A stretch of 64,000 nucleotides of DNA from an uncultured virus (IMG/VR IMGVR_UViG_3300042465_003139) (Duplodnaviria; Heunggongvirae; Uroviricota; Caudoviricetes), in IMG/VR virus record IMGVR_UViG_3300042465_003139; one strand, given 5' to 3'. Positions 59,311 to 64,000 of this stretch are shown here, piece after piece. The notes beneath the pieces are model-generated. The model did no database searches and was not told where the DNA came from. It saw only the letters and a list, made by a program, of their open reading frames with translations. Made by a program: the position numbers and the translations under genes. Positions within the stretch are counted from its first letter, which is position 1, and each line of letters starts with the position of its first letter.

Positions 59311-59657
59311 TGGTTATGCTTGTTATTCGCACCCAATATCACGAAAATTATGGCGCACATGATTGGGATGGTACAGGTGAATGCCCTCAGTATTGGAAAG
59401 CAAAAGGCGGTTCCGAGTATAAGATACTTGACGTTCCTCTTAACATAGACTATAATGAGTTTGTGAAGTTTGCTTTGACCGGTATTGAAACTGATACGGA
59501 TTACTCAAGTGAATACATGGTTGATTGGTCTGTGGAAAGTGATGATTACCTTTCATGGTTTGAGAGGTCTCAGTTACAGTTTGATGGTGCTATCACTAGC
59601 AAAGAACCAGCAATGACGTATCAACAAGTTTTGGATAAACAAAGGGAACTAGCATGA
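59310..59657 (+). CDS. conserved early phage protein
   Basis: TQYHENYGAHDWDG.GECPQYWKAKGG. Confidence 0.75.
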   Translation: MVMLVIRTQYHENYGAHDWDGTGECPQYWKAKGGSEYKILDVPLNIDYNEFVKFALTGIETDTDYSSEYMVDWSVESDDYLSWFERSQLQFDGAITSKEPAMTYQQVLDKQRELA

Positions 59658-59896
59658 GTAAAATGTCTGAAGTTATGATTGATATTGAGGAAATGTATAT
59701 CGCAGGATATACCGCTACCGAAATTCGTGATTTGAAGGGATGGCCAATGCGTTGGATCGAAGAGGTTATCAATTCAATTGAATATGATGACTCTGGTTAT
59801 GACGATTCAATGGACGGTGATGCACAATCGGCACTTGCATCGGCAGGTTGGGGTACCGATGAAGACTATGGTGGTTCGGTGGATGATTCATTCTGA
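59654..59896 (+). CDS. acidic small protein
   Basis: MDGD..SALASAGWGTDEDYG. Confidence 0.7.
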   Translation: MSKMSEVMIDIEEMYIAGYTATEIRDLKGWPMRWIEEVINSIEYDDSGYDDSMDGDAQSALASAGWGTDEDYGGSVDDSF

Positions 59897-60542
59897 AAAA
59901 GATTTTTATAGTGAGATCGAAAGACTAAAACTGCGCCAATCTGTTCTCGCACTCAAGCGAAAATGGACAATGGTAACTGGTCAAGATGCAATTGGATATT
60001 CTCCTGCGAAGAAAACTTTTTTCTACACTCTAGGCGATTCTCTGTATGAAATGGAATCGAACGATAAGAAAGAGGAAGATATCAATCGGGATACGCAAAA
60101 AATTCTGTTGAAGGAATTCAAATGGATTTATGATCGTATCTTCAAACGAATTGAAGACTTGACAGGCAAGAAGGTTAAGTTGTATAATGGGCTTACGGTT
60201 CCAGGATTTCATATCAGTAAAGTGCCAATACAATATTCACCCTCATACTATCATCAAGATCGAAGTATACTTTTGTATCGACCTGATGTAGATATGAATA
60301 CGGTGCATTCTGTATTGTTACTTATAGAGAAACCGAAGAATGGTGCGTGGTTGGATTATCTAGATGATGCTGGCAACAAGTGTGTCAAAAATTATCACTA
60401 CGGACAATTCAACATGTGGAAATCAACAATGTTGCATAAGATCGGTGGGTTTTATACATTGCCGGATGAACATAGAATTACTTTGCAATGTCACTACTGT
60501 ACCGATCCGAATGACAACAAAACGATTATGGTGTATTTCTGA
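59883..60542 (+). CDS. putative 2OG-Fe(II) oxygenase
   Basis: PGFHI, HQD, LHKIG, RITLQCH. Confidence 0.65.
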   Translation: MIHSEKDFYSEIERLKLRQSVLALKRKWTMVTGQDAIGYSPAKKTFFYTLGDSLYEMESNDKKEEDINRDTQKILLKEFKWIYDRIFKRIEDLTGKKVKLYNGLTVPGFHISKVPIQYSPSYYHQDRSILLYRPDVDMNTVHSVLLLIEKPKNGAWLDYLDDAGNKCVKNYHYGQFNMWKSTMLHKIGGFYTLPDEHRITLQCHYCTDPNDNKTIMVYF

Positions 60543-60841
60543 TGATGTATTTTGATGGAATGGGTCCTAGGCAATCGATTGCCACAGAGATTTTAGACAC
60601 CGTGAGATTCGGTGCGCTAGATCGAATCAAAGGCGCAAATGGTTACCGCAAGCAAAAACTTGACAAAGGTGATGCATATGTGATACCATTTGGGTTATCA
60701 AAAGATTGTTATGGTGCAGTCCTAGTGAAAGCACCTAAGAATGTAGAAGTGCAGTATAGGATTAATGGTAAGAAGTTTATAAAGAGTTTTCGCTATGCGA
60801 GTGAAGTGAAAAGTTTCTTAGTGAAACAATTCATTCAATGA
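60542..60841 (+). CDS. hypothetical protein
   Basis: coupled ORF. Confidence 0.6.
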   Translation: MMYFDGMGPRQSIATEILDTVRFGALDRIKGANGYRKQKLDKGDAYVIPFGLSKDCYGAVLVKAPKNVEVQYRINGKKFIKSFRYASEVKSFLVKQFIQ

Positions 60842-60988
60842 TCAGAATGGGGAACTTGCCAATTGGACTTCAATGGCTCAGTTTTAAACAACAGCAGACT
60901 ATTGTGAAATAGACAACCGTGCCCCTTAATAAAAAACTTGAAAAAAACTTTTGATTGTGATATAATTGTAGTGTTCAAAGGATATATA

Positions 60989-61270
60989 ATGAATGAGAAA
61001 CAAAAAGAGATTCTTAGGATCACACAGGAAGAATGTGCAGAGGTGATTCAAGCAATCAGTAAGATTTTTCGATTTGGTATTGATGAAATGTATCTAGATC
61101 AAACCAATCGTCAAAGGCTTGCAGGAGAACTTGGTGACTTACAATGTATGATTACATTGTTGAAACAACATAATGTTGTAGATGACTCAGAAATTTTTAA
61201 AGCAGAACTAAACAAACGTAATAGACTGACACAATGGTCAGATATTTTTAAGGAAGACAAACTTCAATGA
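60989..61270 (+). CDS. MazG-like NTP pyrophosphohydrolase
   Basis: QEECAEVIQAISK..RFG...ELGDL; promoter TTGAAA-17-TATAAT at 60938-60966. Confidence 0.75.
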   Translation: MNEKQKEILRITQEECAEVIQAISKIFRFGIDEMYLDQTNRQRLAGELGDLQCMITLLKQHNVVDDSEIFKAELNKRNRLTQWSDIFKEDKLQ

Positions 61271-61386
61271 AGCAATTATCGAAACTCTCATATAGAAACA
61301 CAATGCCAGCGTCATGCAATTGGCAGGGTGTATCTCGCTTTGAGATTGCCGATAGCCACACACCTGGAATGGGGGCTTGTACCTGA
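61267..61386 (+). CDS. 39-aa putative leader peptide
   Basis: ATGA-coupled to MazG-like gene; MKQLSKLSYRNTMPASCNWQGVSRFEIADSHTPGMGACT; 3' end overlaps antiterminator strand. Confidence 0.55.
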   Translation: MKQLSKLSYRNTMPASCNWQGVSRFEIADSHTPGMGACT

Positions 61387-61452
61387 GGACTAAAAAGTCC
61401 AACTGAATACAAAGACAAGCCCCCTAGCGTAAAAACTAGGGGGTTTTTCTTT
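61371..61452 (+). terminator. terminator with competing antiterminator (attenuator-like)
   Basis: terminator AAGCCCCCTAG/CTAGGGGGTTT+T-run (61417-61452); GGGGGCTTGT (61371-61380) is the perfect complement of ACAAGCCCCC (61415-61424). Confidence 0.75.
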
Positions 61453-61496
61453 GTGTTGCTAGAAAACAACGAAGTGAAAAAAATTTCAAAAAGTTG

Positions 61497-61525
61497 TTGA
61501 CAACAACCAAGATGCGTGTTAAGAT
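61497..61525 (+). promoter_or_regulatory. sigma70 promoter of tRNA array
   Basis: TTGACA-17 nt-TAAGAT; GTTG-N8-CAAC at 61455-61470. Confidence 0.75.
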
Positions 61526-61580
61526 ACGTATCTAGACTGAAAAATCAGTCACCGCTCTTTAAAAATTTGTCTGTCAATTT

Positions 61581-61655
61581 GCACCGTTCGTCTATCGGTT
61601 AGGACGTTGCCCTTTCAAGGCGAAAAGACCAGTTCGATTCTGGTACGGTGTACCA
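61581..61655 (+). tRNA. tRNA-Glu(TTC)
   Basis: cloverleaf, anticodon loop CTTTCAA, TTCGATT, CCA. Confidence 0.92.
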
Positions 61656-61838
61656 TTAATAAACATACTGCCCAGTACCGTTGCGGATGGAAGTAAGTCA
61701 AACCAATGGGGTAACCCATTAACAATGTTTGCATTCCAGAGTTAAGTCTCAAGTCCAAGGAATACGTGATAACAAAAGTGAGCAGAGCAAATGCAATATC
61801 TTAGGAAGGGATTTGCCAGTATGTTTATTAATGGTACA
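61649..61838 (+). ncRNA. putative structured RNA closed by 22-bp stem
   Basis: TGTACCATTAATAAACATACTG / CAGTATGTTTATTAATGGTACA. Confidence 0.6.
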
Positions 61839-61840
61839 AA

Positions 61841-61999
61841 ATTATTATTTGTTTAGTGTTATCAAGGTATCGTCATAGGACGCTATGACTACGCGACAGT
61901 AAGGGTGCGACCGAAACTGTCTGATATAACTGCTATTCGCTTGCCAGTGCTTGCAACATTGTTGGCAAATAGGCGCGATAACACTAAACAAATCATAAT
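61841..61999 (+). ncRNA. putative multi-helix ncRNA
   Basis: 17-bp closing stem ATTTGTTTAGTGTTATC/GATAACACTAAACAAAT plus internal hairpins. Confidence 0.6.
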
Positions 62000-62074
62000 G
62001 GGGGTGTAGTGCTAATGGGAACACATCTGGTTTGCAACCAGAAATTGAGAGTTCGATTCTCTCCACCTCCACCA
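62000..62074 (+). tRNA. tRNA-Ala(TGC)
   Basis: cloverleaf, G3-U70, anticodon TGC, CCA. Confidence 0.92.
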
Positions 62075-62096
62075 AAACATTTTTAAGGAGAAAGTA

Positions 62097-62228
62097 ATGA
62101 AGCGAAAACAGATCGCTAAGAAACGTAACCCGTTCGTTATCTTGGCGTTATTTAAAAAAGCGGGAGCGCACCGCAAGTCTAACAAGGCATTGCGAAAGGC
62201 GCAAAAGCAAACACCTTTGGGGGTATAA
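62097..62228 (+). CDS. 43-aa basic protein whose stop codon lies inside tRNA-Lys
   Basis: AAGGAG RBS; MKRKQIAKKRNPFVILALFKKAGAHRKSNKALRKAQKQTPLGV. Confidence 0.7.
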   Translation: MKRKQIAKKRNPFVILALFKKAGAHRKSNKALRKAQKQTPLGV

Positions 62229-62293
62229 CTTAACGGCTAAAGTAGTAGGCTTTTAACCTATTAATCAGAGTTCGATTCTCTGTGCCCCTACCA
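62219..62293 (+). tRNA. tRNA-Lys(TTT)
   Basis: cloverleaf, anticodon loop CTTTTAA, CCA. Confidence 0.9.
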
Positions 62294-62379
62294 TATAAAA
62301 ACACATTACGAACAGTATCGCTTTTTAGCAAAGCCTGTGCCAAAGTAGTCAGTCTAGGATAGTGTGTTTCTATATGGTA
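62289..62379 (+). ncRNA. fold-back trailer RNA
   Basis: TACCATATAAAAACACATTA / TAGTGTGTTTCTATATGGTA (one mismatch, one G-U). Confidence 0.55.
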
Positions 62380-62386
62380 TTAGTAT

Positions 62387-62475
62387 GGGTCTTGCCCCTT
62401 TCAGCGGACTGTAAATCCGTCGGCTTTGTTACGAAAGGAAGTTGCCACGTGGAGCGTTACCATCAAGACCCACCA
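62387..62475 (+). tRNA. non-canonical tRNA-Tyr(GTA)-like RNA lacking a D-arm
   Basis: 8-bp acceptor stem + A-CCA; GCGGA-CTGTAAA-TCCGT anticodon arm; T-loop AGCGTTA. Confidence 0.65.
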
Positions 62476-62598
62476 ATTCGCACCGTCAGGTGTGTCAATC
62501 CAGCAAAAGGTGCTGGCGTGTAGAATACGGCGCATCAACGATGTTGCTTTCGGTATCCGCGTAAGAGATACGGCTAAAGTTCGTAATGCCAAATATTA

Positions 62599-62673
62599 GG
62601 TCTTGAAGTGTTCATGGACGCACGTAGGCTTGTCACGCCTAAAGACGGGGATCGTTACCCCGCAGGACCGCCA
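62599..62673 (+). tRNA. tRNA-Asp(GTC)
   Basis: cloverleaf, G73, CCA; atypical A8 and T-loop ATCGTTA. Confidence 0.85.
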
Positions 62674-62678
62674 AATGA

Positions 62679-62754
62679 CGCGGTGTATGGAAGTGGTCAT
62701 CCGTTTGGTCTCATAAGCCAAGAATCGCAGGTTCGAATCCTGCCACCGCAACCA
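62679..62754 (+). tRNA. tRNA-Met(CAT), initiator-like
   Basis: C1-A72 mismatch, CTCATAA loop, CCA. Confidence 0.85.
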
Positions 62755-62759
62755 GTTTT

Positions 62760-62816
62760 AGGATACATTCAGCAAATACAAAAACTTTACTGGAAATAAA
62801 GCAAAAGCGTATCCTG
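62760..62816 (+). ncRNA. mini anticodon-hairpin element
   Basis: AGGATAC/GTATCCT stem enclosing CAGCAAA and CTTTA-CTGGAAA-TAAAG. Confidence 0.5.
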
Positions 62817-62826
62817 TTATTTTTAT

Positions 62827-62901
62827 TCCACAGTAGCACAGCGGTAGTGCAGTTGACTGTTAATCAATTGGTCGTAGGTTCGATCCCTGCCTGTGGAGCC
62901 A
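62827..62901 (+). tRNA. tRNA-Asn(GTT)
   Basis: cloverleaf, CCA. Confidence 0.93.
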
Positions 62902-62909
62902 TATTTAAA

Positions 62910-62985
62910 GGTGATGTAGTTCAGTTGGTAGAACACCTCCTTCATACGGAGACTGTCGGGAGTTCGAATCTCTCTATCACCACCA
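62910..62985 (+). tRNA. tRNA-Met/Ile2(CAT)
   Basis: cloverleaf, TTCATAC loop, CCA; elongator Met versus lysidine Ile not resolved. Confidence 0.85.
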
Positions 62986-62987
62986 AT

Positions 62988-63062
62988 GGAGTCGTTAGTT
63001 TAGTGGCAAAACCGCGGGTTGTGATTCCGCTATCATGGGTTCGATTCCCATACTTCTCCCCA
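62988..63062 (+). tRNA. tRNA-His(GTG)
   Basis: G-1:C73, anticodon GTG; two acceptor-stem mismatches. Confidence 0.82.
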
Positions 63063-63063
63063 T

Positions 63064-63139
63064 GCCACTTGAGCAAGTGTGGTCATTGCGGCGGACTGAA
63101 AATCCGTAGAAGTCGGTTCGATTCCGACAGGTGGTACCA
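63064..63139 (+). tRNA. tRNA-Phe(GAA)
   Basis: cloverleaf, CTGAAAA loop, CCA. Confidence 0.88.
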
Positions 63140-63149
63140 AAGTAATTAT

Positions 63150-63224
63150 ACCGGATTAACTCAGCGGTAGAGTAATCGCTTGATAAGCGATAAGCCATTG
63201 GTTCGATCCCAATATCCGGTACCA
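63150..63224 (+). tRNA. tRNA-Ile(GAT)
   Basis: cloverleaf, CCA. Confidence 0.92.
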
Positions 63225-63235
63225 ACAAATTTATA

Positions 63236-63312
63236 GCCCTGGTGACGGAATTGGTATACGTGTCAGTCTTAGAAACTGAATTTTAGGAGTTCGAGTCTCC
63301 TCTAGGGCACCA
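63236..63312 (+). tRNA. tRNA-Leu(TAG), short variable loop
   Basis: cloverleaf, CTTAGAA loop, 5-nt variable region, CCA. Confidence 0.87.
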
Positions 63313-63318
63313 ATTAAT

Positions 63319-63393
63319 ACCCGATTAGTGAAATGAATATCACACCTTGCTACGAACGAGGAGTTGGGAGTTTGATTCTCTCATTGGGTGCCA
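63319..63393 (+). tRNA. tRNA-Arg(ACG)
   Basis: cloverleaf, CTACGAA loop, T-loop TTTGATT, CCA. Confidence 0.85.
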
Positions 63394-63399
63394 AATTGT

Positions 63400-63473
63400 T
63401 GGGGGTTAGTTAAATGGTATAACCACGGATTTTGATTCCGTTGTCAAAGGTTCGATTCCTTTACCCTCTGCCA
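63400..63473 (+). tRNA. tRNA-Gln(TTG)
   Basis: cloverleaf, U1-U72 mismatch, CCA. Confidence 0.88.
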
Positions 63474-63483
63474 AAAAATTAAT

Positions 63484-63561
63484 GGTGCGATGCCGGAGCG
63501 GTCAAACGGCGGAGCCTGCAAAACTCTTGTATCGTGAGTTCGAATCTCACTCGCACCTCCA
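63484..63561 (+). tRNA. tRNA-Cys(GCA)
   Basis: cloverleaf, U73, CCA. Confidence 0.88.
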
Positions 63562-63599
63562 AGATATATAAATGTTATATCAACTAAAAAAATAAACGT

Positions 63600-64000
63600 A
63601 TGAAAAAAATAATCGCAACTATACTCATGATGTTTTCTATGAGTGCAAATGCAATTACATTTTATGCTTATAACATTACACAACATCAACCAATTGTTGA
63701 TTCTGAAATTGGCATTGTTCGACCAATTGCAAGCATTACAAAATTAATGACTGCGATTGTAGTCTTAGAAAGTGGATTGTCATTAAATGAACGAATCTCA
63801 TACAAAGGAATGTTCTACTCTCATAAGAAATTTACTAGAGATGAATTATTGAATCTAATGTTGGTGAAGAGTGATAACAGAGCCGCAGAAGCATTAGCGG
63901 AAGGTATGGGTGGTAAGTTGTGGACGGTTTATCAAATGAATAAACGCGCAATGGCACTTGGAATGTATGATTCGAATTTTGATGATACTTCTGGTTTGAG
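63600..64000 (+). CDS. peptidase S11 D-Ala-D-Ala carboxy/endopeptidase (PBP7-like), runs off the window
   Basis: signal peptide MKKIIATILMMFSMSANA; RPIASITKLMTA (SxxK), KSDN (SxN), MNKRAMALGM..S.F.D.SGL. Confidence 0.88.
   Translation, partial: MKKIIATILMMFSMSANAITFYAYNITQHQPIVDSEIGIVRPIASITKLMTAIVVLESGLSLNERISYKGMFYSHKKFTRDELLNLMLVKSDNRAAEALAEGMGGKLWTVYQMNKRAMALGMYDSNFDDTSGL

Noticed and set aside
61656..61720. HDV-like (theta) ribozyme after tRNA 3' ends
   Set aside because: Could not build the nested double pseudoknot by eye, and the tRNAs already encode CCA; a motif search would be needed to exclude it fully
61905..61932. Hammerhead ribozyme (CGAAAC...CTGAT)
   Set aside because: CTGATAT rather than CTGANGA, and no room for stem III or a cleavage triplet
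63236..63312. Amber suppressor tRNA or stop-codon recoding
   Set aside because: Anticodon reads TAG (Leu, decoding CUA), not CTA; core genes are intact under the standard code
61845..63689. Track ORFs overlapping the tRNA genes (61845-62075, 62401-62592, 62608-62799, 62847-63170, 62995-63228, 63444-63689)
   Set aside because: Shadow frames of tRNA or structured RNA sequence, without RBS
1..64000. CRISPR array, integrase, transposase, rRNA
   Set aside because: No regularly spaced direct repeats with unique spacers and no recognisable motifs for these

Overview
AT-rich segment of a large T4-like (Tevenvirinae-related) myophage genome, almost entirely coded on the + strand. It contains the replication core (gp45, gp44, gp62, RegA, gp43, UvsX, gp41, gp61, RNase H, DsbA) and nucleotide metabolism genes (ThyX, NrdA/NrdB, HAD nucleotidase, MazG-like). 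It also has a vWA-peptidase/CobS pair, a late block of acidic putative internal-head polyproteins with a ligase-like and a HIGH-type nucleotidyltransferase, and a lysis/envelope cluster (spanins, GH19 endolysin, holin-like proteins). Auxiliary genes include Dps, Hsp20, a fatty-acid desaturase, ClpP-like, 2OG-Fe(II) oxygenases and a PBP7-like peptidase. One minus-strand cassette encodes exported low-complexity proteins, and a tRNA array lies near the end. The host is inferred to be a beta/gamma-proteobacterium (sigma70 promoters, IHF sites, LexA-type box, Burkholderiales-like small proteins). The most unusual region is the tRNA array (about 61.2-63.6 kb). It is preceded by a leader ORF with a terminator/antiterminator switch. 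It carries a small basic ORF whose stop codon lies inside tRNA-Lys, trailers that fold back over the CCA ends of tRNA-Glu and tRNA-Lys, a D-armless tRNA-Tyr-like RNA, an anticodon-hairpin mimic and further structured RNAs. Together these suggest a translation-sensing/translation-rescue module (inference). A recurring GTTG-N8-CAAC palindrome marks early promoters. All calls come from reading motifs by eye; no database searches or folding programs were run.
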